DNA from: a virus
Taxonomy: Duplodnaviria > Caudoviricetes
Virus record (IMG/VR): IMGVR_UViG_3300043392_000024
Span: 1-63,986 of that record
Length of the DNA: 63,986 nucleotides
Direction: 5' to 3' (one strand)
The notes below the pieces were generated by a model. The model was not told the origin of the DNA and searched no databases. It saw nothing but the letters and a program-made list of their open reading frames with translations. Each line of letters opens with the position of its first letter. The stretch's first letter is position 1. Made by a program: the position numbers and the translations under genes. Positions 1 through 9,260 of this stretch are shown here, in pieces.

Positions 1-127
1 CCCGAAGGGGCTGTTGTTTTAACTCCTAAAGAAATTAAATAGGCAATACCTTTATAACATCTTCTGCTAAAATACCCCTGTGGCATTCAAATTGTCTAGG
101 GGTATTTTTATGTCGAGGGCACCAATC
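1..127. repeat. 127-bp terminal direct repeat (assembly circularisation overlap), copy 1
   Basis: Bases 1-127 are identical to 63860-63986. 127 is a common assembler k-mer length. Confidence 0.95.
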
Positions 128-2071
128 CCAGTCTGACTTATCAAATTTTAATTCAGGATCGTTCCAGCATCCATTGCATACATCTTTGTTAGTTACTCTA
201 ATGCAGTTGCTTACGAATTCATGCCCTTCCTTAGAGAAGTTTGCAATCATAACTGTCTTAACTCCAAGTCCCCAAGCAAGCCAACTTACTCCAGATCCTA
301 ATCCAATAAAGAAGTCGCTATTTTTTATCAAAGACATCGTGTCATTTATGTCTTGGTTTATTATCTGCTCGCAATTATCGAATGGATTTTCTTCTAGCGA
401 TACATTAATCACCTTGCATCCTTTCTCGTGTAGGTAGTTAATCACTCCTTGCCATCCCTCCTTAGTCCAAAATTTGCATCCTGCTGTAGAATTTGTAGCT
501 ATGGTAACAATTTTTTTAGCAAATATGCCAATAGGGGCTTTTGTTGGTTTGTATTTTAGTTTAGGCTTAATCTCTTCAAATTCTAACCCTAAAATATTAG
601 TCGCAGCTTGCTGTAGTGGTATAGTATTAGGCAATGCCGGCTCCTTGTTTGAGTCGTAGAACCAACCGATGTTATATTGTGCTGCGATGTTATGAACAGT
701 TGTTCCAGGCTCTACCATTTCTATCTCAGGAATGTCCAGTATTTTGTTCCAAAAACTTGACAAAATAACTTTGCAATCATGCTTCTTTTGAAACTCTAAA
801 GCATATGGAGCCCAAGCGATTGTATCTCCAAGTGATTTACTATCAATAGAAATCAAAACACGCTTTCCTTTCAAATCAAGCGTACTTTCGTAAACCTTCT
901 CCCCTTTCTCGTATACTTCAAGCGACCATTTCTCGTAGTATTGTCTGTTTAATTTAGCCCAAGAATTGTTTTGAATTGTGTTCTCATAAACAACTTCACC
1001 TGTACCTGTTTTCCATACTAGGTGGAACCAACATTTGGCATGAGATTTTATCTCGATAAAAGGTCCGTTAACATTATGCTCTATAATCTGAACATCTTGA
1101 TCCTCTATTGGATTTTCTAATGTTATCTTGTATAAGTCTGATAGTCTCTTCTTAAACCATTCAGATGTTTGATCTCTTGGTGTAATATAATTAGCCTTGA
1201 TTGTATTTAAGTCTGTATCGATAGGTTGAATATATTGTGCATAACGACCATAATATTGTGGCAAGTTATGAGCAATGATTGGCAAGTTGTATTCAATAGC
1301 CTCACGCAACGCAAGTGGGTTGCATTCAATTGTACTATTGAACATAAAGACATGAGCACTTTTAAGGGAATCATCTACGTCATCTCGCTCACCAGCCACA
1401 ATTACATTCTCTGGCAAATCTTTCATCAAAGGCTCCCAATACTCTTGAAAATTTCCTGCTTGATTACCTATGAATATAAACTTCCAATCAGGGTTCTTTC
1501 TTGCAATCTCAATCCCCTCTGCTTGATTCTTACCTGGTGTCCACAATCCAACATTAACTACATTTTTTGTTTTTATCTTTTTAGATTCTTTAGGATCAAT
1601 CGGGAATTCAATTACATACTTTGCCTTAGTAGGCATATCCTTAAATGTAACCGCTTTGTGGTAAACTGAGCAGAATGCATATGCATCAGGATGGAACTTG
1701 CGTTCTTTGTCAGGATTAAAGAACACATCATGGCAAGTCTCAACAATTCTGTATGTACGAGACGTATTATACAACTCACACATAGTGTCGTAGTCAAATC
1801 TCTCAGCCACATCGTGAAGATGTATAATGTCGGGATTAATAATCGATACGATATCCAATAGTTCCGATTTGGTATCACCAAGAGTATATACTTTGTTACC
1901 AAGTATCTCTTTGATTGCATTGCGATGCACCACAAAATCCGCTGTGTAGAACTGATATTCTACTACGTGGATGTCAAATATTTCGTTTAGTAACTCTACT
2001 TGTTTTAAAAGAAAAGATGGCATACCACCGGTAGATAGGTGTGGTGCTAGGTAGAGAATTTTGGATTTCAT
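35..2071 (-). CDS. Two-domain glycosyltransferase: N-terminal GT4-like (GT-B) domain fused to a C-terminal autotransporter O-heptosyltransferase (TibC/Aah, BAHT-like) domain
   Basis: N-terminal HLSTGGMP, KNQ, and STIECNPLALREA match GT4-type motifs. C-terminal KGKRVLISIDSKSLGDTIAW, FIGLGSGVSWLAW and the four-Cys motif CNGCW..CP..FEC match the TibC/Aah family. Confidence 0.8.
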   Translation of the reverse strand: MKSKILYLAPHLSTGGMPSFLLKQVELLNEIFDIHVVEYQFYTADFVVHRNAIKEILGNKVYTLGDTKSELLDIVSIINPDIIHLHDVAERFDYDTMCELYNTSRTYRIVETCHDVFFNPDKERKFHPDAYAFCSVYHKAVTFKDMPTKAKYVIEFPIDPKESKKIKTKNVVNVGLWTPGKNQAEGIEIARKNPDWKFIFIGNQAGNFQEYWEPLMKDLPENVIVAGERDDVDDSLKSAHVFMFNSTIECNPLALREAIEYNLPIIAHNLPQYYGRYAQYIQPIDTDLNTIKANYITPRDQTSEWFKKRLSDLYKITLENPIEDQDVQIIEHNVNGPFIEIKSHAKCWFHLVWKTGTGEVVYENTIQNNSWAKLNRQYYEKWSLEVYEKGEKVYESTLDLKGKRVLISIDSKSLGDTIAWAPYALEFQKKHDCKVILSSFWNKILDIPEIEMVEPGTTVHNIAAQYNIGWFYDSNKEPALPNTIPLQQAATNILGLEFEEIKPKLKYKPTKAPIGIFAKKIVTIATNSTAGCKFWTKEGWQGVINYLHEKGCKVINVSLEENPFDNCEQIINQDINDTMSLIKNSDFFIGLGSGVSWLAWGLGVKTVMIANFSKEGHEFVSNCIRVTNKDVCNGCWNDPELKFDKSDWDWCPRHKNTPRQFECHRGILAEDVIKVLPI
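69..109 (+). terminator. Probable intrinsic terminator for the + strand fibre operon, embedded antisense in the glycosyltransferase 3' end
   Basis: AAAATACCCCT...AGGGGTATTTTT inverted repeat just downstream of the stop of 63488..63901 across the circular join. Confidence 0.5.
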
Positions 2072-2095
2072 TTTTTAATTAATTAGATTAGCAAA

Positions 2096-2123
2096 CAAAT
2101 ATAAAAGGAAAATGCTAAATTTG
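2096..2123. promoter_or_regulatory. Back-to-back Bacteroidota sigma-A -7 motifs (TAnnTTTG)
   Basis: TATATTTG on - (2096-2103) faces the GT gene. TAAATTTG on + (2116-2123) faces the packaging operon. Confidence 0.7.
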
Positions 2124-2146
2124 CATATTACTTTAATAAAATAACA

Positions 2147-2401
2147 ATGAAAAAATTAGAAGAAGAAGAATTAACTCGCCTTAACGAAGTAACTAAAAGC
2201 CTTCGTGAAGCACGCACAACAATTGCAGATATTGAGCTTTCTTTAAATCGATTAAAGACTCAAAAGCAGTCAGTATTATTTAATGCTGAGAAATTCGCTG
2301 AAGAACTAAACAACATCCAGGGGGAAATGCATCAGAAATATGGTAACGTATTGATCGATATCGTAACTGGGGAAATCAAAGAACAAAATGCTGATTCGTA
2401 A
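2147..2401 (+). CDS. Hypothetical coiled-coil protein
   Basis: 84-aa ORF, first gene after the promoter, heptad-like pattern. Confidence 0.75.
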   Translation: MKKLEEEELTRLNEVTKSLREARTTIADIELSLNRLKTQKQSVLFNAEKFAEELNNIQGEMHQKYGNVLIDIVTGEIKEQNADS

Positions 2402-2606
2402 AATATCTATTGGTCCCGATTATAAGAATGCGATGAACTATACTCATGGGCAAGAAGTCCTTGATAAGTCTTATCGTATTCATTTGATCACACAAAAGGA
2501 CGATGGTGCGGTTAGTATTTTTATTGAGAAGAATACTGAAATTATTCTTTGGAAATGTATTGGTGCAACCACCCCATTTGTCCTCGAGTATAATATCGAG
2601 TTCTAA
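2388..2606 (+). CDS. Hypothetical protein
   Basis: 72-aa ORF overlapping both neighbours in the operon. Confidence 0.75.
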   Translation: MLIRKISIGPDYKNAMNYTHGQEVLDKSYRIHLITQKDDGAVSIFIEKNTEIILWKCIGATTPFVLEYNIEF

Positions 2607-3190
2607 TGAAATCTCCATTTTATTTTATCGTAAAGCCAAAAGATGGTAAGCGATATGATGATGAGCGTAATGGCATCATCTTATCCACGTCTAAGGAAGA
2701 TTACAAGACAGCCACACGTGAGGCTATTGTAATCGAAACGCCTATTGGATACGAAGGTCCTATTCAGGTTGGCGATACTGTCATTGTACATCACAACACA
2801 TTTAAGTATTACTATGATATGCGTGGGCGTGAGAAGTCATCGTGGAATTATTTCCGTGATGATTTGTTTTTCATTGATGATCCGTACGCATACAAGCATG
2901 AGTGTGATACATGGAAAGGAATCGGCCGATACGTATTCATTGAGCCTGTTGAGAACGACCATACAGGCATTACTACAATTGATGCAGAAAAGCCTCTTGT
3001 AGGCAAGATAAAGTATGCGAATGATGAAGTACTAGACCTTGGTCTTAAAGTGGGCGATATGGTCACATTTGAGCCCGAATCGGAGTATCCTTTTTGGATT
3101 GATAATCAGAAGGTTTATCGTATGTACACAAAGAACCTAACCATCATATTAGATGAGCAAGATAACCGAGTTAAAGAAGCGAATAATTGA
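2606..3190 (+). CDS. GroES/Cpn10-like protein with two tandem GroES-like folds
   Basis: IVKP...GIILS...IQVGDTVIV and a second unit VFIEPV...GLKVGDMVTF..EY..WIDNQKVYRM resemble GroES. Confidence 0.6.
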   Translation: MKSPFYFIVKPKDGKRYDDERNGIILSTSKEDYKTATREAIVIETPIGYEGPIQVGDTVIVHHNTFKYYYDMRGREKSSWNYFRDDLFFIDDPYAYKHECDTWKGIGRYVFIEPVENDHTGITTIDAEKPLVGKIKYANDEVLDLGLKVGDMVTFEPESEYPFWIDNQKVYRMYTKNLTIILDEQDNRVKEANN

Positions 3191-3434
3191 TTCAGGCTAC
3201 CGAGCTGTAGAAGAATTAATTAAGGTTGCCGAGGAAAAGATTGTCACTCATGCTGAGGATGATTTAACTGCAGACAAACTAAAGAATGCTGCACAGGCTA
3301 AGAAGCTTGCTATCATGGATGCTTTTGAAATCCTTAAGCGTATTGAAGAGGAGGATAATATCATTCAAGGTGTTGTCAATAACCAAGTGAATACTAACCG
3401 GGGATTTGCGGAGTCTAGAGCAAAAGCAAAATGA
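3153..3434 (+). CDS. Helical protein, possible terminase small subunit
   Basis: 93 aa, immediately upstream of and overlapping the large terminase. The function is a positional inference only. Confidence 0.45.
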   Translation: MSKITELKKRIIDSGYRAVEELIKVAEEKIVTHAEDDLTADKLKNAAQAKKLAIMDAFEILKRIEEEDNIIQGVVNNQVNTNRGFAESRAKAK

Positions 3435-5644
3435 GTTTACACAAAGTCTTAACTGATATCGTTCCACAAAAAATACTTGACAAGAAAAATGCCAAGAAAG
3501 AATGGGAGTATGGATATAATCCAGAGTTTGACATGGTGGTTATTTCTAAAGATGGAACTATTGGTGATATATATGATATTCAAAATCTTAGAGTAGCTTT
3601 ACCTAGCACGCCAAACAAAGTAAATTATAAGGGTGATAAGTGGGAACCGATTGAGTTGCCACGTGAACTATCTCGTATCAAAACAATCTTTGATTGGAAT
3701 AGACGTGATAACACATTTAAAAACCAATGGGTAGACTTTATTGAACAAGAGTTCGATCGAAGAGAATATGGCTATTGGTTTATAAATAATGGCGTAGAGA
3801 CTTATATATCTGGCCACCATTATATGTACCTTACTTGGTCTAAGACTGACGTTGGTCATCCTGACTTTCGTGAATCAAACAGAATATTCTTTTTATTTTG
3901 GGAGGCTTGCAAGGCTGATAGCCGTTGCTTTGGGATGTGCTATCTAAAGAATAGACGTTCCGGATTTTCTTTTATGGCATCATCCGTATCGGTTGATATT
4001 GCTACGTTAGCTAAAGATGCTCGTGTGGGTATGGTATCTAAAACAGGACCCGATGCGAAGAAGATGTTTACCGATAAGGTAGTTCCGATTGCCAACAACT
4101 ATCCGTTCTTCTTTCAGCCTGTGCGTGATGGTATGACCACACCAAAGACTGAACTTGCTTTTCGTGTTCCTGCAGAAAAGATTACACGCAAGAATATGGA
4201 TCAAGAGAAGGATGAGGAGATGGATGGATTGGATACATCGATTGACTGGCGTAACACAGCAGACAACTCATACGATGGTGAGAAGCTTCGTTTCTTAATT
4301 GAGGACGAGGCTGCTAAATTAGAGAAGCCAATGAACATCGAGAATGGTTGGCGTATTCGTAAGACTTGTCTTCGTCTAGGTGCCAGGATCATTGGTAAGT
4401 GTATGATGGGTTCAACTTCGAACGCATTGGATAAGGGTGGTGAAAACTATAAAAAATTATACTATGATTCAGACGTCACGAAAAGAAACAAAAATGGCCA
4501 GACGATATCGGGTCTTTATTCGCTCTTTATACCGATGGAGTATAACTTTGAGGGATACATTGATCAGTACGGTCACGCAGTATTAGAGAAGCCTGACAAG
4601 CCTGTTAAGTCGGCTGAGGGTACTTGGATAATGGAAGGTGTTATTGAGTATTGGAATAATGAGGTTTCCTCATTAAAAGCAAACCCTGATGCACTCAACG
4701 AATTCTATCGTCAGTTCCCAAGAACAGAGTCTCACGCATTCCGTGATGAGACAAAGTCCTCTATCTATAACTTGACTAAAATCTATCAGCAGATTGACTA
4801 CAATGATGGGCTGATCCAGGATCACGTGTTGACAAAAGGTTTCTTTCATTGGAAGAACGGAGAGAAAGATACAGAAGTTGTTTGGACCCCTGATAAGAAC
4901 GGAAGATTCTTGGTGTCATGGATACCTGAAGTAGCATTGCGTAATAATTTTGTAACTAAAAATGGAACACGTTATCCTCTCAACGAACACATTGGGGCTT
5001 TTGGATGTGACCCTTATGATATTTCGGGTGCTACTTTTGGTGGTTCGAATGGCTCTCTTCATGGTCTCACTAAGTTTAATATGGCGAATGCTCCATCAAA
5101 TGCGTTCTTCTTAGAATACATTGCTCGTCCACAGACAGCAGAGATATTTTTTGAAGAGGTGTTGATGGCTTGCGTATTTTATGGAATGCCAATACTTGCT
5201 GAGAATAACAAAGCCCGATTGCTATATCACTTTAAGAATCGTGGCTATCGTGGTTTCTCAATGAACAGACCGGATAAGCACAAGGCAAAGTTGTCGTTTA
5301 CTGAACTTGAGATTGGGGGTATACCATCTTCGAGTGAGGATATGAAACAGGCTCACGCAGCTGGAATCGGTACTTACATCGAGAAGTATGTAGGATACGA
5401 TTTAGAAGGAACATATAGAAATCCAGATGAAATTGGAGATATGCCTTTCACGAGAACTCTACAGGATTGGTCTAAATTCAATGTTAATGATAGAACAAAG
5501 TATGATGCTTCTATTAGTTCGGGATTAGCTATTATGGCTAATCAGAAACATATTTATCTGCCCGAGAAAAAAGAGTCAAAAATTAGCATTAAATTTGCAA
5601 GATACGATAACAGCGGTTCAGCGAGTAGACTGAAAAATATATGA
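3431..5644 (+). CDS. terL: Terminase large subunit
   Basis: Walker A-like KNRRSGFS, Walker B LIEDE, motif III GSTS, nuclease-domain GCDPYD and ENNK. Confidence 0.9.
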   Translation: MSLHKVLTDIVPQKILDKKNAKKEWEYGYNPEFDMVVISKDGTIGDIYDIQNLRVALPSTPNKVNYKGDKWEPIELPRELSRIKTIFDWNRRDNTFKNQWVDFIEQEFDRREYGYWFINNGVETYISGHHYMYLTWSKTDVGHPDFRESNRIFFLFWEACKADSRCFGMCYLKNRRSGFSFMASSVSVDIATLAKDARVGMVSKTGPDAKKMFTDKVVPIANNYPFFFQPVRDGMTTPKTELAFRVPAEKITRKNMDQEKDEEMDGLDTSIDWRNTADNSYDGEKLRFLIEDEAAKLEKPMNIENGWRIRKTCLRLGARIIGKCMMGSTSNALDKGGENYKKLYYDSDVTKRNKNGQTISGLYSLFIPMEYNFEGYIDQYGHAVLEKPDKPVKSAEGTWIMEGVIEYWNNEVSSLKANPDALNEFYRQFPRTESHAFRDETKSSIYNLTKIYQQIDYNDGLIQDHVLTKGFFHWKNGEKDTEVVWTPDKNGRFLVSWIPEVALRNNFVTKNGTRYPLNEHIGAFGCDPYDISGATFGGSNGSLHGLTKFNMANAPSNAFFLEYIARPQTAEIFFEEVLMACVFYGMPILAENNKARLLYHFKNRGYRGFSMNRPDKHKAKLSFTELEIGGIPSSSEDMKQAHAAGIGTYIEKYVGYDLEGTYRNPDEIGDMPFTRTLQDWSKFNVNDRTKYDASISSGLAIMANQKHIYLPEKKESKISIKFARYDNSGSASRLKNI

Positions 5645-8070
5645 ACGACCCTTTAATAATGATTAATCCGACCAACTTCCCAACACAGTTGGCAACGGAT
5701 GCAGAGAAAGCATCTCAAGAGTTTGGATTAAAAGTAGGACAAAGTATCATGTGGGAATGGTTTGCCAAGACAGGTAACAACTGTCGGTACTATTCTCAAT
5801 GGATTGACTTTCACCGTATTAGGCTATATGCTCGTGGAGAGCAACCTATTGCTAAATACAAAGAGCAGTTTCAGGTTGATGGGGATATGTCTCATATTAA
5901 CTTAGACTGGACACCTGTGCCAATCATTCCTAAGTTTGTTGATATCGTTGTTAACGGAATGAATGATCGTCTTTTCGAGGTTAAAGCATATGCACAAGAT
6001 GCTATGTCTATGGAGAAGAGAACTCAGTTTCAGGAGATGGTTGAGGCTGATATGGTTTCAAAGGATTTTTTACTTCAAACTAAACAAGAGTTTGGTATTG
6101 ATGCATTCAATGTGCCACCTCAGGATTTACCTGAAAACGAACAAGAACTCAATCTGTTTATGCAGCTTAAATATAAGCCTGCTATTGAGATTGCAGAAGA
6201 AGAAGCTATTAATACTATTCTAGATGTTAATCACTATAGTGATGTACGAAAAAGATTTGATTATGATATCGCTACTATTGGTATTGGTATGGTCAAGCAT
6301 TCTTTTGTTCCAGGAACAGGAGTCCGAGTAGAATATGTCGATCCTGCTAACATGGTGTATAGTTACACAGAGTCACCTACGTTTGACGATTGCTTCTATT
6401 TCGGAGAAGTTAAGCAAGTGCCTATTACTGAACTTATTAAAATTAAGCCCGATATTACAAATGAAGAGTTGGCGGAAATTCAGCAGCTTGGTACAGCTTG
6501 GTATAATTACTATGGCGTACTTCGTCCTTATCGCAGCGACTTGTTTAATAGAGACGTTGTTACATTATTGTATTTTAACTATAAAACCGACAAGACGTAC
6601 GTCTACAAAAAGAAATACACAGACAACGGAGGATCAAAAGTAATTGAGAAAGACGAAAACTTCAAAGTACCAGAAGGTATGGAGGAGCGTTTTGAGCGTA
6701 TTGAAAAACGTATCGATGTTTGGTACGAAGGTGTAATGGTTATGGGATCAAGTTACTTGCTTAAGTGGGAACTTGCTAAGAACATGGTTAGACCTAAGTC
6801 TGCATCTCAATATGCATTGCCTCAGTATATTGCTGTGGCACCACGTATGTACAAAGGAGTTATTGAGTCATTGACTCGTAGAATGATTCCTTTTGCCGAC
6901 TTGATTCAACTTACCCATTTAAAACTACAACAAGTATTACAGCGTGTTGTGCCTGATGGTGTTTACATTGATGCCGATGGTATTAATGAGGTTGACTTGG
7001 GGACTGGTGCTGCGTACAATCCAGAAGATGCTTTGCGTTTATACTTCCAAACAGGTAGTGTAATTGGTAGAAGCATGACCGTGGATGGCGATCTTAACCA
7101 CGGTAAAATACCTATTCAAGAACTTAACACTAATAGTGGTCAAGGAAAAATTACCGCATTAATTAATGCGTACAATCAGTACCTATCAATGATCAGGGAT
7201 GTTACCGGGTTAAATGAAGCTAGAGATGCATCAACTCCAAACCCTGATGCATTGGTAGGTGTACAAAAACTTGCAGCCCTTAATTCAAATACAGCTACAC
7301 GTCACATCTTAGAAGGAAGCTTATTTATTACTAAGCGTTTGTCTGAAGCTATTTCTTGTCGTGTTGCCGATATCTTAGAATACTCTGACTTCAAAGAAGA
7401 GTTCACTATGCAAATTGGCAAATATGCAGTTGGAGTTCTTGATGAAATCAAAGATTTGTACCTGCACGATTTTGGCGTATTTATTGAAGTGTCACCTGAT
7501 GAAGAGCAACAAGCACAATTAGAAGCTAATATTCAAATGGCCTTACAGAGGGATCAGATTAGTTTGGAAGATGCTATTGATATTAGACAGATGAAGAATC
7601 TTAAGTTGGCTAACGAATTGCTTAAGCTGAAGCGTAAGAAGAAGCAAGAGGATGACATGAAGAATGAGCAGGCTAAGATTCAAATGCAAACTCAAGGTAA
7701 TATTCAGTCTTCTCAAGCATCTGCTCAGGCTGCATTGCAAAAGGTTCAAGCAGAGGCTCAGGCAAAAGCACAACTTGCACAATCGCAAATGGAGTTTGAT
7801 ATTCAGCGTATGCAAGCCGAGGCTCAGATTAAGCAACAATTAATGCAGGTTGAGTTTGAGTACAATATGCAGTTGCGTGGTATGGAGGTTGAGAAGGTTA
7901 AGCAATTAGACATGGATAAAGAGAAGGCTAAGGATAATAGAACAAAACTCCAGGCAACTCAGCAGTCTAAGCTAATTGAGCAACGCCAAAAAGACTTGCC
8001 TGCTATGAACTTTGAGTCTGAGGAAGACTCGTTAGATGGGTTCGATTTGGAGCAGTTTAATCCAAGATAA
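5641..8070 (+). CDS. Portal protein
   Basis: 809 aa directly after TerL, with a long Gln/Ala-rich C-terminal coiled coil typical of podovirus portals. Confidence 0.85.
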   Translation: MNDPLIMINPTNFPTQLATDAEKASQEFGLKVGQSIMWEWFAKTGNNCRYYSQWIDFHRIRLYARGEQPIAKYKEQFQVDGDMSHINLDWTPVPIIPKFVDIVVNGMNDRLFEVKAYAQDAMSMEKRTQFQEMVEADMVSKDFLLQTKQEFGIDAFNVPPQDLPENEQELNLFMQLKYKPAIEIAEEEAINTILDVNHYSDVRKRFDYDIATIGIGMVKHSFVPGTGVRVEYVDPANMVYSYTESPTFDDCFYFGEVKQVPITELIKIKPDITNEELAEIQQLGTAWYNYYGVLRPYRSDLFNRDVVTLLYFNYKTDKTYVYKKKYTDNGGSKVIEKDENFKVPEGMEERFERIEKRIDVWYEGVMVMGSSYLLKWELAKNMVRPKSASQYALPQYIAVAPRMYKGVIESLTRRMIPFADLIQLTHLKLQQVLQRVVPDGVYIDADGINEVDLGTGAAYNPEDALRLYFQTGSVIGRSMTVDGDLNHGKIPIQELNTNSGQGKITALINAYNQYLSMIRDVTGLNEARDASTPNPDALVGVQKLAALNSNTATRHILEGSLFITKRLSEAISCRVADILEYSDFKEEFTMQIGKYAVGVLDEIKDLYLHDFGVFIEVSPDEEQQAQLEANIQMALQRDQISLEDAIDIRQMKNLKLANELLKLKRKKKQEDDMKNEQAKIQMQTQGNIQSSQASAQAALQKVQAEAQAKAQLAQSQMEFDIQRMQAEAQIKQQLMQVEFEYNMQLRGMEVEKVKQLDMDKEKAKDNRTKLQATQQSKLIEQRQKDLPAMNFESEEDSLDGFDLEQFNPR

Positions 8071-8080
8071 AATTTATTAC

Positions 8081-8088
8081 TACTTTTG
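8081..8088 (+). promoter_or_regulatory. TAnnTTTG -7 promoter motif
   Basis: TACTTTTG about 20 nt upstream of the scaffold ATG. Confidence 0.6.
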
Positions 8089-8109
8089 CACAAATTAAAT
8101 TAAATAATA

Positions 8110-9231
8110 ATGGAAAATTTTCAAGTAAAACTGGTAGACTATGAAGAGAAGTCTGTCCAAGAAGTAGAAGAAACTCTACTTAAAGTACACGAGGAAAAAA
8201 CAGGCATTGAGCAATTTGATCAGTCCGAAGAAATTAAGTTAGATCTTTCTGCTGCACCCGACACAGCAGTTGATCAAGGGGAAGAGCAATCAACTCCTCA
8301 GTCATCGTTTGGCGATGAAGACGTTCTTTCATATTTGAAAAGCAAGTACAATAAAGAAGTTAACTCTTTAGATGATTTGTTTACACCTGTTGAGCCTCAA
8401 AAGGAATTGCTTCCTGAGGATGTTGAAGCGTTTTATCGTTTCAAGAAAGAAACAGGTCGTGGACTAGAAGACTTCTATCGTGTTAATCAAGATTTATCAA
8501 ATGAAAAACCAGAGCGTTTATTAGCAACATACATGAAGGAAATGAATCCTGATTTAGACGATGAGGATATTCAGTATGAATTGGGGGAATTATATTCTTA
8601 CGATGAAGAACTTGATGACGAGCGTGACATCAAAAAGAAAAAACTTGCATTTAAAAAAGAACTTACTAAGGCAACAAAGTATTTCGAGGAACAAAAAGAA
8701 AAGTACAGAGCACCACTCGAGTCGATTGGTACATCAGCTGTCTCTTCTGAGGACCAAGAGGCTTTGCGATCTTATAAGGAATATATGAGTACGCTTACTG
8801 CCCAACAGCAGGAGCAATCAAAGAAATCAGAATTCTTTGTGCAAAAGACTAATGAATTATTCTCTAATGAATTTGAAGGTTTCAAGTTCGGTATTGGAGA
8901 TAAGGATGTGTCTTGGAAACCAGCGAATCCTGAGGACTTGAAAAACAAACAAATGGATATCTCCAAGTTCTTCGGCAATTTTGTCGATGATAATGGTTAT
9001 ATCAAGGATGCTAAATCCTATCACAAGACGATAGCTGTAGCCATGAATCCAGATTCATTTGCGAAATTCTTTTATGAACAAGGTAAAGCCGATGCGATTG
9101 ACCAATCTGCTAAACAAAGCAAGAACATCGACATGGGCTCCGTTCGTACAACAGGACAACCAATTGACAAAGGTGGATTTAAGGTAACGGCTTTGGATAG
9201 TGATCATGGAAGTAGACTCCGGATTAAATAA
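8110..9231 (+). CDS. Capsid scaffolding protein (putative)
   Basis: Very acidic helical 373-aa protein between portal and capsid genes. Confidence 0.65.
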   Translation: MENFQVKLVDYEEKSVQEVEETLLKVHEEKTGIEQFDQSEEIKLDLSAAPDTAVDQGEEQSTPQSSFGDEDVLSYLKSKYNKEVNSLDDLFTPVEPQKELLPEDVEAFYRFKKETGRGLEDFYRVNQDLSNEKPERLLATYMKEMNPDLDDEDIQYELGELYSYDEELDDERDIKKKKLAFKKELTKATKYFEEQKEKYRAPLESIGTSAVSSEDQEALRSYKEYMSTLTAQQQEQSKKSEFFVQKTNELFSNEFEGFKFGIGDKDVSWKPANPEDLKNKQMDISKFFGNFVDDNGYIKDAKSYHKTIAVAMNPDSFAKFFYEQGKADAIDQSAKQSKNIDMGSVRTTGQPIDKGGFKVTALDSDHGSRLRIK

Positions 9232-9260
9232 TTTTAAAACCAAAACCAAATTTTTAAACA

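Noticed and set aside
1-127. Biological terminal repeat
   Set aside because: The length equals a typical assembler k-mer and the join lies inside two genes, so it is treated as a circularisation overlap.
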